From: Takakia lepidozioides
Lineage: Eukaryota; Plantae; Bryophyta
Length of the DNA stretch: 64,000 nucleotides
Direction: 5' to 3'
NCBI GenBank assembly: GCA_030704615.1
Contig: CM060733.1
Location: forward strand, 45,508,001 to 45,572,000
Shown here: positions 11,880-25,694 of the stretch, one piece after another
How positions within the stretch are numbered: the first letter of the stretch is position 1
Layout: each line of letters starts with the position of its first letter
Program-made: the position numbers and the translations under genes
The notes under the pieces: generated by a model
What the model saw: only the letters and a program-made list of their open reading frames with translations
Told to the model about the DNA's origin: nothing
Database searches by the model: none

Positions 11880-14800
11880 TCACTGGTCCCCTGGATCCAT
11901 ATTCAGAAGAGTGTGAACCTCCTGGGGGCTCAACCCTGGTGCATGTATGAAGTGATGAGTTGTGGAATTACAACGGAGTCTCTTTAGGTACACGTAGTAC
12001 AAATGCTTGCAAGGGCAGTATGATGCCCCCTTGTTCGCCATGATCTGGAAGTCGGTGCAATTGCAGGTGGGTAATTCTGAAATGGTGATGGTGTACACCT
12101 CATTGCGAACAGCTGAGCCCGCCGTGGCCATCTGATACACACGCCCGAATCCTGGTGGGGGCACTTCTGTCGAGCTCTGGATTGTACAGTTCATCCGAAG
12201 TGCATTCCCCATCCTTGTCTCGTTCACTTTTGAGGGAGGTCGCCGCCTCTTCGGTTTCCCCCAACGGTGTGTAGGATGCTTAGAGCTGTCGTGTCCCATT
12301 GTTCTTGCTCTCACAGGGGTCGGTGGTGGAGGCTGTGGAAGCGGAAATGGTGTCTGGGACGTCAGTGCGCTGCACCATCCGAAATCCTGCGGCGGTAAGG
12401 GCGTCGGCCTCAACCTGACTCAGATCGCAGCCTGGTTCCACCGGCCACACCGGGGGAGCCTCTGGCATTGTCTGTATGCCGTACTTGGGCTTTCCATACA
12501 CGCAAGTCATAATGTCGTGCCTGCAGAACCAGAACTGGGTGGTTGTCGCCTCCGCAAACTTTGCATGGACAAATCTTCCTGTAAAAGTAGGAGCAGGGAC
12601 AGCCCCATCTGGATTCCTCCTTATCATCTCTAAACAACGTTGCCGTGTATCCACACGAATTGCGGAACACCTTCCTCGAAACGACGGCTTTGTGCGAGCA
12701 ATTCTCCACTGTGAGGCAGACACAGTCGTCTCCACAATGGCTTGGCCATACTGCATAACAGCGGGCGGAATGTGGGGCAAGGGAGCGGTGGGAATTTGTT
12801 GCACGAAATCCCCGGTTGAAGGCGACGGCGATCTGGAATTTCTTGGGCTTCCACTGCTGGAAGACACATTGTGCGGCAACATGACGGGACCTCGAGGTGC
12901 TGTCCGAATGTTCCTGTCGGATCTCCAGGAATCCTCTTCGCACCCGGGTTCCTCTTCAATCCTCCGCCTGACAGGGCGAGTCCGGACGTCCCCCTCTAGG
13001 TGTTCACCTCTGCGGTGCAGAGGCGTCCCTTTGATCTTCTCTCGCAATGCTGTCGCCCATTTCACTGGATTCTTGGACCTCGAAGCTGTTCGTACCAACA
13101 ATTCCTCCCTGTCCGGCCCAAAGCCCCATTGTTTGCCGCTCAGGAACTTGTAGTACGTGGCTTGCTGCATGATTGCTCTGTCGATGTCCTCCGTTGTGGC
13201 CGTCACTACGTCCACCAGATGTGCGGCAGAAGACGCTCGCCAGGAGGAGTGGACCGATTCTGCCATATTCGTGTTCGGCATGTCCGTGTCGGAATCCAAG
13301 CACCGCTCCTAGAAGGACACAAACAATGGTGAGGGACCAATCGAAATGTCCGTAACAGAAAGACAAATGAACGAAATTGACAGCAGCCTACCTCCCGCAT
13401 GTACTGTCCGAACTGTCGATACCGAAAATGCCACCACCCCAACCAGCTGTGCAATGCTCCCAGATTGGTTGTCTCCACTGCACCTGACGTGTTCCACCAA
13501 GCCTCGATGATAGCAAACTTAACCTCCGCGTCATCAAATGTGGGTGCATCCTTCCCACGCCGTACAAAGGACACGGTGTTCAGCCTGGAATGAGCTAGCA
13601 ACAAATTTGGTAGTGTAGTGGGATAGACTCTGCATCCAATGGAATCCACAGGATCTCTCTTTCCCCTCCATTGGAACATTGGGGTCCTCACCGTACACAC
13701 GCCGCACCGCTGCCCAGTTGGCCTGAGCGTTGTCTGCCATGAATCCCCTGAAATTGGGCTCTGGCAATCCCGCCCTTGCCATCTGCTCGTTTATGCCCTC
13801 CCACAGATGCATCTCGGACTGTGTGTCCTCCCCTTTCATCTCGCAGATTGCAATCGTCATGAGCCTCTTGGAGTGATAGTCATAAACATGCGCACCCATA
13901 GTCACCCACTGATGGTTTGTAATTCGCTTGATGTGATCAAACATCACCCAAGCATTCGACAAGTTTCCAGTTGTCATGCGAGTGACCAAGTCGACTCCAC
14001 TCCCAGGCCCACACGTCGACATTTTGAAAATGTAACAACGATCGGATTCGCTGCCTTGCCCTGGAAACCTGCTACCTTGGATGTAGTCATATCCAGTCAT
14101 TCGTTTCACCTCCAGGATTGAGTACATGTCCGACCCCCTGCCGAACTCCTGCTTGCAAGATACGATGTGATTCCGCACATTCGGACTACAAACGTGCGAG
14201 ACGGACTCCAAGAGGTCACGCATCTCGTCTTCGGTCAAGGGCTCTCGGTCGGAACCATCTTCTTCAGACATGATTTTGCCAAGAGCAATCTTGTGGGCTG
14301 CCTTCAGCTGAATCTGCTTTGGTCTGGCTCCGGGGCTCAATTTCACCTCCTCTTTTATGATGTCGTGTGCTTCCTGCACAGCCTCACGCATGTTGCCTCT
14401 CGCCAAGGGGTGGCAGTGGACCCCAACGTGTATGCAAGCTCTAGTCAAGTCCGGGAGCAAATGGATTACGTAATATTGCTTGGCTCTGCACATGGACATG
14501 CACGTCGGTGGTTTCTTTGCAATGTGCACACTTGAAAGAACCCGCAGGAGCTTGGCTGGAGACAATGAATGGATGATGCGTTGTGCCAGTCCAATCCGTC
14601 TCGTTTCTCCGCCCTCCTTTGGAGAGAAAGTGGAAGCAGGTGGGATTGAGGCACCTCAGCTTCCCCGCACAGAGGACATATCGTACACGAACACCATCAG
14701 CAATTTTCGTGCTACTGGTCTTCGTCACACACCAGGGGTGTCCGTCATGCTTTCGATCCATGTCTGTTAACATCCCGGAGGCTTTCTTTGACGAAGAAAC

Positions 14801-15495
14801 AGGTGGAAACTCGAAGATGACATTGCCATCGACTTCGGGAGGCAGAAAAGTTACCTTTCTGACTGGGAATTTGGCATAGTCGAGAGCAGCAGCCAGCTCG
14901 GAGCGAGAACCATCGAGGTGATGTTGTCGTAGGAGCTGCACAATGGACCGGGTTGGAGTTATGCTCGAGGGCACATGCGTAGCACCTACAGAGACGTCCA
15001 TGCCGGATTTGAACGACCGTGTGGAGGACATGGGTACCTCAATGCAATCATCTTCCTCGTCGGAAATGTCGAATACGTCCACACGAGAAGCTATGGAGGG
15101 TCTTGACGGTCCAGGTCGGGAATGATTATCGTTGCATACCTCTCTGTTGGCAGTGGCCGCCTCTCGGTTTCCGGACTCCTTTGTGGATGGTGTGGGCAGC
15201 GACTGATTCGGAAAGGGAATGGGCATTCCCACAGCTCGGTACAGGATGGTGTCTGACGGGGGAACGTGCCATTCGATTCCGCAACCTCCGTCGTTACCTA
15301 GCACGACAATGGTCTCGTCAACCTGTCCAGGAACATCCTTCCTTTCTTCTTCCAAATAAACTGTGCCCGGTTTGAGCTTGAATTTGGAACAAAGGTAAGT
15401 TTCAGTCACTCTGCAAAGTCCTCCCTCGTTTGGGATCCAGGCTCTCCCAAGTTGCGGAGGACAGCAAACTATATAGCGTAGGAATTCGGAGCCAT
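11880..15495 (-). pseudogene. MULE transposase family B (nested copy, frameshifted)
   Basis: Near-identical to intact 55737-59344; same DDE/SWIM motifs and intron ~13310-13392. Several 1-bp indels, possibly sequencing errors. Confidence 0.88.
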
Positions 15496-15913
15496 CGAAC
15501 ACCGCACGGAGTTGGCAAGTGCGAGGTTCAGTATAGCGACAGACCAAGGCTCACAGGCACCATGCTGCGGAGTCCATCGACGATTGGAAGTCGCACATTG
15601 AAGTGGAAAGTATTGTTTCAAGCTACATGCATGAAGGTGGGAGGTTTGATTCCATAGCCAGTGTATGACAATGATGGCCGATTCGGCGACGAAATAACAT
15701 CTCCTGACAGTTTCTCCTGAGGGTGGATCCAGCAGTATTCTCGGTGCAGACAGGAACGTTCGCACTGACAAGTGCCAGGACTGCTGGTTAAAACGGTCAG
15801 ACAACCAAGTTGTGCTCATCAAGACTGGCCGCAATTGTGTTGTTTCGGAACAATGCAACCCATTCAGGTTCCAGATTTCCCGTCCCGAGTGATTCTTTCG
15901 ATTGCTGGTGGAC

Positions 15914-17535
15914 GGAAATACGGCGCCGCATTTCCGTATTGCATCTTGGTCATGCAACAGAGCGACGGAAATGCGGCACCGAGTTTCCGTCCGGGGAAAC
16001 CTTTATACTCTCCAGAACGGAAATGCGGTAACGCATTTCCATCCAGCAAGCACGGTATGTGAAGGTGGAACGGAAATGCGGTACCGCATTTCCGTTCTGA
16101 TTGAGATTTATGAACAACGGGAACAGAAATGCGGCACCGCATTTCCGTCCGAGTCGCACTTTTCGACATTCCAGAACGGAAATGCGGCGCCGCATTTCCA
16201 TTTTGTATCTGATGCATGGAGCTGAGGGATAGAAATGCTGCAGCACATTTCCGTCCTTAAAAGACATTCATACTCTCCAGAACGGAAATGCGGTACCGCA
16301 TTTTCATTCAACAAGCACGGTATGTGAAGGTGGAACGGAAATGCGGTACCGCATTTCCGTTCTGATTGAGAATTATGAACAACGGGAACAGAAATGCGGC
16401 ACCGCATTTCCGTCAAAGTCGCACTTTTCGACATTCCATAAAGGAAATGCGGCGCCGCATTTCCATTTTGTATCTGATGCTGGAGCCGAGTAAGATTTCG
16501 ACAGCTTCATACAGCGCGCCGTTGAGACATTCACACTATCCAGAACGGAAATGCGGCACCGCATTTCCGTTGACTGACTGAAATCGTGAACTATCTGAAC
16601 TGAAATGCGGCACCGTATTTCCATCCGAGTCGCACCTACCATCATTCCAGAACGGAAATGCGGCACGCATTTCCGTTCTGACTGAAAATCGTGAACATCG
16701 GAACTGAAATGCGGCAGCGCATTTCCATCCGAGTCGCACCTCCCAACATTCCAGAACGGAATGTATTAGATTAAAAGGGAAATGCGGCACCGCATTTCCG
16801 TTCTGATGAAATATCCTGAAACATCGGAATTGAAATGCGGTACCGCATTTCCGTCGGAGTCCCACCATCCGACATTCCAAAACGGAATGCGGCGCCGCAT
16901 TTCCGTTTTGTATGTGAGGAATGGAGCTGTGGAACGAAAATGCGGGAAGGCATTTCCGCCAGCGTCAGACGTTAATACTCTACAGAACGGAAATGCGGTA
17001 CCGCATTTCCATTCTGACTGAAAATCGTGCGCAACGGGTACAAAAATGCGGCACCGCATTTCCGTTCGAGTCGCACCTTCCGACATCTCGAACGGAAATG
17101 CGGCGCCGCATTTCCGTTTTGTATATTCGGCCTGGAGCTGTGCTACGGAAATGTGTTGCCCGCATTTCCATCCATGTGAGACCTTCACCTTTCCAGACCG
17201 AAATGCGACACCGCATTCTGTCCAGGTGAGACCTCTATACTTTCCCGAACGGAAATGTGGCACGGCATTTCCATCATCAACTAACGTATGTGAAGTGGGA
17301 ACGGAATGCGGCGGCCGCATTTCCCTTCTGAATCTCATACATGGAGCTGTGGGACGGAAATGCGGCACCGTATTTCCGTTCAACAACTAAGGTATGTGAA
17401 GGTGGAACGGAAATGCGGTGCCGCATTTTCTTCCAACAAGTACGGATGTGTAGCTTCGTGATGGTACTTAACGGAAATGCGGCGCCGCATTCGCATTCTC
17501 GCTCCAACTCATCAGACGCTGGGACGGAAATGCCT
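15914..17535. repeat. Family B palindrome array between transposase and ParB-MTase gene, 53-bp period
   Basis: Centres at 15924, 15977, 16029, 16082, 16135, 16188, 16241, 16294 and onward. 22-bp palindromes with ~31-bp spacers that recur in higher-order (~5-unit) blocks. Confidence 0.95.
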
Positions 17536-17928
17536 TGAAATGTGAACACGTGGAGCAACGGAATTGCTGCACATGTCGCACTCTATCTGACTGAAGGGGC
17601 ATGAGGCGGCGCGGCCTGACCGTTGGATAATGATTTTTGATTTTCGGACGGCGGGCGTACCCTCAACGATTCGAATTTCGTAATGACGCAAACTCCACGA
17701 GGAGACACTTTCGTCCAACCTTTCGAACCCAAGTGGTGCATCACCGCCGTTTCATCTACTTTGTCTCGTGTCTCCTCAGTCACCCCTCTCGCGCCCTTTC
17801 CATCTGCACTCTTTGCCCCTTTTCCCTCTCTCTGTTCTTCTTATGCTCGAACCTGAGAGGGGGGAGTTCGTGCACCAGACAGGAGACCTCGTCGCAAGCT
17901 CCGGAAATTATACTTCGGACGGAGGCCA

Positions 17929-20900
17929 ATGCCGAAGGGGAGGAAGCAGATGCGTCTACAGGAGGAGATTGCCATCTCCGAGCAGCAGGCCACTCAGGCA
18001 ACCCAGCCACCAGTGAGAGCTCCATGCGATCGGGCTGCGCGCAGCTGATCGAGCACCGAACCCCCCATTTTGCTTCTGTAATTCTTAGACTGAATGCTAG
18101 GAGACTTGAATGCAGAACATGTTTGCATGCCTAACAGGAAAGGTGGACGTGCTGGAGGGATCGCAGGAATCCGAAGAGCCGCAGGAAGAGTCCGAGGAGC
18201 TAGCTGCAGCACGTACACCCACCCGATCCCCGAGCGCGGGTACTCTCCCGGGGCCTAGCCCTCTGCGATTCAAAGACGCGTCTTCGAAGGGCAAGTTCAA
18301 AGTCTCAGAGATCGACTCGCGTTCTTCGATCATGGAGAATCGCCAGCAGGGGTCGGGCCCTTCTCCAGCAAAGTCGAAGAAGAAGCAGCCCGTCCTCTAC
18401 TGGCTTCTGAACCGGCTCAGGCCGATTCACCCCCCCCAACGCGAATGAAGCAGCAGGGTAGAAGACAGATTCAATTGCAGCAGACACCTTCACCTGCAAG
18501 GATGAGGAAGCAGAAGGCAATCAGGGCGACGGCCGAACAATCTCCCGCAAACCGCAAACCCGCTTCCACGAGCTGAAGCTCAGTTCCTGGAGGATTTCCC
18601 GCATGCAGATGTGGGGCCGACTCTGCTGCAGCTCGAAGGCAATGGGATCGACCGTTGATCTCGATTTGGTACCGGAGGAGGGTGCTGTGCCGCTGAACGT
18701 TCGCAGGCAGACCTCACCACCGATGAGCTAGCAGGCCCGGAGGAGGCCTCTGCATGGCAGAATTGCCCTCACACAGGCCCCAGAGTGCAGCTCCAGTTGA
18801 GGATGCTCCACCGCTGCTCAGCCACTACCGGCACCTACAGACATGTCTCCGGAGGATTTCAAAGTGCAGCGGATAAATGTTGGAGGAGACACACAGTAGC
18901 ATTGGCAGAGTTCTGGGCAGCAGGGTATTCCAGCGGACTCTTCGAATCCCACTCTGTCGCATGTCTCCTTTCCCATCGTCAGGCAGGCCCTTCCCGGAGA
19001 TGTGGATAAGCTCAAGTTCGCATTTCGAGAAGGGTACCGTCTGGGATCGGCAGCGTTTTATACGTTTCCATAGAGAATGAGGACGGCGAAACCCGTGGAC
19101 CCCACTGCCGATGAATTGTCAACGTGATACCCACTGGCACACTCGCAACCACGAATTCGAGGCGACGCTGAAGGGTGATCCCGACTTCGGTGGGCATATG
19201 TCGGAAAATGTTCTTTGTGTGGGACGGGAATCACCGACTTCTCGCTGGTGTGGAGTACATCAAGCAGAACCATGCCAAGCACATTGGCTGGCATTACATG
19301 GTGGAGTGTGTCATCCTCAAGGTGAAGGCGGCAGACTCCTCCCTCCTCAAGAATGCCATGGCGGACCTCAACTCGTAAGATACTCATACCCTCCCTAGCA
19401 CATTCGAAATGCGTGTGCGCATTTCGGTTTCCATTCTGGTTTGATTCCGTGCTTCCGTGTACTGAACTGGAGAGTGTGCCTGCAGGGTCACTGAGAATGC
19501 GTACGTGCATACCCCACATGGCACATATGCTGTACAGGGTGAGGGAAACTGGTCTTACTGATCCGCAGATGTTTGCGGAATGCTGGAGCCGAGCTCATTC
19601 AGAAAGCCGTTGCAAAAACAGGACCGGACATGGTATCGTCTCACTATGGATGGATGTGGAGGTGATATATTCGAAGTAAGTCGTAGCTCCAATTTCCCTC
19701 TGGCTCATCCTTCCCCAATTTTCAGTAATGTTTCCACATGAATCGAATGTAACGCTTCTGCATGTTTTGTTGGCAGTCAAACATCAAGCTGGGATATTGG
19801 CCCATGCCAAACGCTTCTTGCAATGGAAAGTGAGGGGCTAAAGGTGCAAAACGTTGCAGTCTATTGGACGAGCACTTGAAGGAAGCCGGTTCAATCCAGA
19901 ACCAAATACAAGTGCAAGCTTGTGAAGCTGGTGTCAATTGCAGATCCGGGCAAACATTTCGCGGGTTGAATATTACTTCATCATGCCCCCGAGATTGCAA
20001 AACACTCTTCTCGGGCCATGCAGCCGACCATGCAATTGGAAACTTGCATCACCTTCTCAACGTCATGTGTGGAGGCGAAAGAGATGGTGAGGTTTCAATG
20101 CACTGAATTTCCTTCCTATGGTGCAATAGCCACTCTCTTCGGCATGCTGTCACATGTCGGCATTCGGATCGGAATATGGCAGAGCACGGTGGCTATCGAT
20201 CTGGAATGCACCGAGAGTTGCATAAGGACAATGTGGTCTTTTCCACTGGAGTTTCCGACCCTGCAGTGGATGTGTGGCTCTACCGTATGACGTTGGTGGT
20301 TCTCCAAGGTAATTCAGGTACTTCCCCAGATTTGCTTATTCTGACATGATCCCTGAACTGCTACGTGACAATGCATTTGGGAATGGCAGTTAATGTCGAA
20401 TGCGAAGGAGCAAGTCGTAATGCACACAATTCGTTCTGCGCTTGTACGTCAAATGGGAGTGGACAAGCACAGACATTGTGGACTACTACAACGTGGACTC
20501 GTTTCAGATGTGCGTACAAGGACAACTCTTCTTTCGCCAGAGTAGCTACAGACAGCAAGAAGGAGCGGGAGTTACACATCAGGAGGGAGGGGCGGAAGCT
20601 GCAATGCGAAATTGTTTACACAGGTGAAGGCACAGCTGCCCTTGTATGCGAAGCCTGGTTACGAGGTTTGTCTCGGAAATGCGCCACCGGCATTCGCATT
20701 TTTATGTTTTCGTGGGGCACTCTGGCGAGTAGGTTGGTCCATATCTTTTCTCACGCATGCTGACTGCCTTGCAGGTATATGAAATACGTGCTCCTTCAGA
20801 AACCAAGCCCTGGCTCAAGAGCCCCCGTTCTTCATGGCTTGGACCGGGCGGGGCCCTAAACTGTGTCTACTACACACCCGAGATGCAGAAGACAATGGCA

Positions 20901-23147
20901 TCCGCTCGCGCTCATCTCGTTGGTGCCCGTGGTACCGGAACATGTCCTGCCGGTATTGTTGACGATCTGAGAAAGATCTGCACGCTCTTGGCAGAAGAGA
21001 GAGAGGAAAGGGACGTGTCCCTGCTGGGCCAAAGTCGGCAAAGGAATCTGCTGCTCTGGGAAGAATCCAGAAAGGCAGGCTGAGATGGCATCAAAAGACG
21101 GTGGATGCAGCTGTGGTCAGGGCCCAATAGTAATGGGGGTCGTAAGAAGAGGACTCGCCAGTTCAAGGAGCAGCTGTTGTTAACCGGACCGAAATGTCCA
21201 ACAGCCAAAACGAGAAGCAGAACAAGAAGAGGGTGAGGAAGAGGACTCCGATGGAGACTTTGCAACCAGCCCACCCCCCCAAACGCAGGCTGCCTCCCCT
21301 GTGCCCACCGTTGTCGAGAGGCACGAGAACTGGCTCGGCAAAGAAGGCACTCTTCAACCCCCCAGGGGGGCACCCTTTCGAGCCGGTGGAAATGAAGAGG
21401 CCGAAAGTGGCTCCCGAAAGTAGTCCAGTGTGTAAATGAGAGTTTCTTGGCGGCTTTGGATGGACGGGCAGCCAAGTTGGCATACATGAAGACCATGGAG
21501 GGTCTGAAGGGCAGAGCACTGAAGAAGGCGACTGCCGAAGAGCCTTCCGACACCCCAGGATTTCAGAATATGGTCTCGTTCTTTGAGAGGGTGTGTGCAG
21601 ACAAGGATTGTAGGAGGGGCGGAAATGCCACCGAGTGGTCTTGCGATATGATCATCTTGGATATTCCGGACGGAGAGCCTGTGGAAGGACTGCAAGCTTT
21701 GCCATCTTGGAACAGGTACTCGGAGGACTTTTGGAAGAAAGGATTCGGGCTTGCCCGCATGGTGTTGGACGACAGAGGCTGTGTGGTTGTCCTGGCGAGC
21801 AGAGGAAAAAACACTCAGACAGGAATTGCGAAGTGGACCCGCAAGAGCGCCGTCCCGATTCTGAAAAAGAAGTGGACGTGCATCAACACACTGGGCCTTC
21901 GGTCGGAAGGGAAGAAGGTGATTACGACACTGGCACTCGTCCATTCATTTGCTTGGGTGTTTTCAAATGCGGTGCCGCATTCGGTTTCTAATCGTTTTCC
22001 CCCTGTGTATGCAGACGAAGCAGTTCGATGCATACTGCTTTGTGAAGGAAACTCCACCTTTGCTTTCCGGAAGGAGGGAGGAAAGGTTGACCCGAACTGC
22101 GACCCACTCGATTACGACGTTCTGTTCAACAACGTTCCCAAGGAACTTCTCCCTCATAGCCTCACTTCAACGGAACCCCTGCGGTACTCACGGACTCGGA
22201 GCCCTGCCTTCATTCAGACAATTATGGAGACATGCACAGACGTGGAGGGCACAGTGCTCGACCTCATCTGTGGGACAGGTATGCAGAATCTTGATCTCTG
22301 CTGTTCTGCAAATTCTCGTTAGGATGTAGTTCGCAACATCTGAAGCGCCATGTGGTAATGTGTGGATGGCATTGTAACAGGTGCCTCAATGGGCTGGGCG
22401 GTTTTTCCGACCGGCACCTCTTTGCCTACGAGGAGGATTCATCCGTGTGGGGATCCCATCTGGAGGGGCTGCAACGGAATGTGAAGGCTCCCGACAGAGC
22501 GGAAGTCTCCTCGGATTCGTCGGAGTCCGAGGAAGACACAGTGGACATTGATGGAGGAGAACCCGGAATACGAGTGAGTGCAAACATTGTAAGTTTGCAA
22601 AGCCTTCTGGGTCATTTATGTCAAACGAATTTCCCGACTGTGGTTCTCATTAGTCTCGTTGATGATTGTCATGTGCAGGATTGCAGGGTCCGGGTCGAAA
22701 CATGTAGGGCCTACACTTCCTGCCAGGAAGAATGTCCCGTTCTTTGCGAGGGCCGACTTCATGACGAGCCCGGTGAGGGACTACTCCCTTCCTAGTTATG
22801 CAGCTAAACTCGCAAATACAGCGATTAGAAGAAGTGAGAATCCCAGTAAAGTAGAGCAGATTTTGGAGAGGGCTAGGAGGACAGAAGGATAAGGAAAGAG
22901 TTGGCAGCAGCTCAGACAGGTAGACGGGTACGAAAGTACATATGTGATTCAGCGGATGAGAGCGACGCAGACAGGGAGGAAGACGACCCAACGGAGGTGA
23001 GATGGACAGTTCCGCAAGGGGAAGATGGGATTTTCGAAAGCCTGGCCAACGAGCAGTCCGCTGGAGAGAGAGAGAGGCACTGAGGGGGTGGAGGAGGAGC
23101 AGGACAGTCTAGAACAGGATGAGGATTCGGATGATTTTCAAGATTAA
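17929..23147 (+). pseudogene. Multi-exon ParB-like / beta-class amino-DNA-methyltransferase-like gene, nested copy (full extent, many indels)
   Basis: Predicted start MPKGRKQMRL. Low-complexity N-terminus, then FFVWDGNHRLLAGVEY (~19210-19260), CDMIILDIPDG (21642-21674, motif-IV-like) and TCTDVEGTVLDLICGTG (~22230-22280, motif I). Multiple GT-AG introns; stop at 23147. Confidence 0.65.
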
Positions 23148-23284
23148 TAGAATTTTAATGAAGTCTCTGTAAATGTAAATTCTCTTCCAGAGTATATAAA
23201 GAAAATTCTGCCCGACATTCGTGACCCCTCTCCAGTGTGCATTCCAGCCACACAATCGCCCAAACCACGACGCTCCCAAAATCA

Positions 23285-24095
23285 GAAATGGGCACCGCAT
23301 TTCCAAAATTTTGGCAACTCTAAACCTCTTTTGGAAATGCGGCACCGCATTTCCAAAACAGGGGAGGGACTAATTTTCCATTTCAATGTTGGCATAGTAA
23401 AAAGTAATCTGAATTGGGAATGCGGTGCCATTTCCAAAATTTCCTTTGTCCACACGCCAGTTTTGGCCTCTCCCGCTCATTGCATGGATGCCACCACGCT
23501 TACAGAGGTCGAACAAGGAGGTCGAACCGACATGGCGGGATTGGAAATGCGGTGCCGCATTTCCATATCTGGGGATGGTGGTGTTCGAACTGCAGACCCC
23601 ATCAGCAAAAACTGGTACCCGCATTCCATTGTAAAAAAAAAGTCGATGACGGACATGAAATGCGGCGCCGCATTTCCAAACGGACTCGCAATTTGTCAAT
23701 TTGCAGACCCTCTCTCGGAAATGCGGTAACGCATTCCATCGCGCTGGTCGGAAATAGGTGCACTTTTCGAAGTGTTGGACGGAAATGCGGCACCGCATTC
23801 CCTGTCCAAAAAGAAGTTTCCATTGCCAATCTGGAAATGCGTCGCCGCATTTGCAATGCCAACCTCGTTTTCTGATCAATTTATAGACCCGTGTTGGTAT
23901 TTCGTGTACCTGGACGGAAATGATGCACCGCATTTTCTGTCCACATGGAAATGCGGTGCCGCATTTCGATGTCCGACATGGAAATGCGGTGCCGAATTTC
24001 GATGTCCGACATGGAAATGCGGCGCCGCATTTCAAGCCGACATGGAAATGCGGCGCACCCATTTCATGCCGACATGGAAATGCGGTGCCGCATTT
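23285..24095. repeat. Downstream family B palindrome cluster ending in a 31-33 bp tandem
   Basis: catggaaatgcggtgccgcatttcgatgtccga units with centres 23957, 23990, 24023, 24054 and 24086. Confidence 0.88.
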
Positions 24096-24524
24096 CAATG
24101 TCCGACATGGCGTTACTCTGGTATATTCTTGACACATGACTCACATACCGGTTACTCTGCTTTATTCAACCAGACAGACAAATTGTAGAAATGAGACATC
24201 AAATTGTAAACAGTGGGCCAAATCCGAGAGTTATTCAACACAATGAAACACAGTCATACAGAAGTGAGGTACATTCCAGGGCACACTCCAGGGCACATTT
24301 AAATTTCCCCCGTACAGGATCCTGGACCGATGAAGATTGGCTGCTGCATGAATGTAGCCGTTTCAGTTTCCTACCCTGCCATGCAAACTATGGGCAGTCA
24401 CTGCCAGGTGGGCCGATAGCCACTGGACACGACGAAGTCCATCCCCTCTTCGATGTAAATGCGGCGCCGAATTTCCATCCGGGGGGATGGACTTCGGTGG
24501 CAGATCTCAAACTATAACTTGTTG

Positions 24525-25286
24525 ATGAGAAAGATGTATGGCTTCATCCACCGCTGGCGTGATGAACACGTTCCACCTCCGTCGGTGGGTACGTGTGACC
24601 CAGATGCTCCATTTTGGAGGCCGGACTGCTCTTCCGCTTCGTATCATTTCCAAAATCTAAGGGCTTCGTAGCTGTCCGCAAGGTCATCGGCATCCAAGTC
24701 GTCCTCAGGTCCTCCTTTGCAAGGATGCCGTGCTTCCGGAACCGGGACGACTGCCCCTTTGGAGGCATCGATTATGCAATGTATTCGGCCACATCGGGAG
24801 ACATTGTTATCTGGTACACAGATTACAGAGAAGATACTGGTTCGATTGTGGAAACATTGGTGGCTTTTGAGTATATCGTAGGCCACTACGCCTTCGAGCG
24901 GGGTGACGATCTTGGTTTGAGGAGTCCGTGGCTCCTGCGCATCCTCGATTCCGATTTTCCCAGCTACGACGGTCACCCATGCAGAAGAAGGCGCACTGCT
25001 ATGCTGTTGCGGTGGAACTGCTGCCACTGGACGTGGGTGGACTCCATCGGAGACCTATTCTCCTCGAGGAGTGCGCTCCTCTTCTCCATTGTATGGGGAC
25101 ATTCGCATTGGTGTGGACGACAAAAACGTGAAGATTTCCATATTCGATGGTGGTATGATTGAAGGGCAGGACATTGTGGTGAACATCACTAGGGGCGGTA
25201 CAACGGCTGCAATCGACTTTACATGGAGGAGCCCCAGGACTCATGAGCTAGTTCTGAGAGCAGTCGAAGTCCCATTGACAACGTGA
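24525..25286 (+). pseudogene. Unknown transposon cargo protein (ORF3), frameshifted
   Basis: MPCFRNRDDCPFGGIDYAMY...RWNCCHW...LYGDIRI...ELVLRAVEVP. Conserved in both B copies and paralogous to 26050-26750. Confidence 0.55.
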
Positions 25287-25694
25287 CTTGTATTCAGTAG
25301 GCACAGGGCTCAAGATTTGAGGGCACAATCAGCACAGTAGACGTGCTTCAAATGCAATTCATGTGGATCAATAAAAACCTCATTGTGCCCTCTTTTTATT
25401 CTATTCTGTGTCCATTGTTCCGAGAATGCGTCATTGCTCATTTCGTTTGGGATTGGGAGTGTGGGTGAACTTTGCAAATGGCTGGTAGGCTGAAATGGGC
25501 CCCCATTGTACAGAGCAGTACCACCCTACCATTCGCGAAACATTGCCTTTCAATATATAATTCTAAATAACATTGCCGAACCTCCTTCATGGGGAGGTCC
25601 TTCTCCCCCTATGACCGTGGCACCCTAAACCCTATTCCCGCGGACACTCATTTCCGGAAAATAGTGCTGCTCATGTTTTTTTCCACACTTACGA

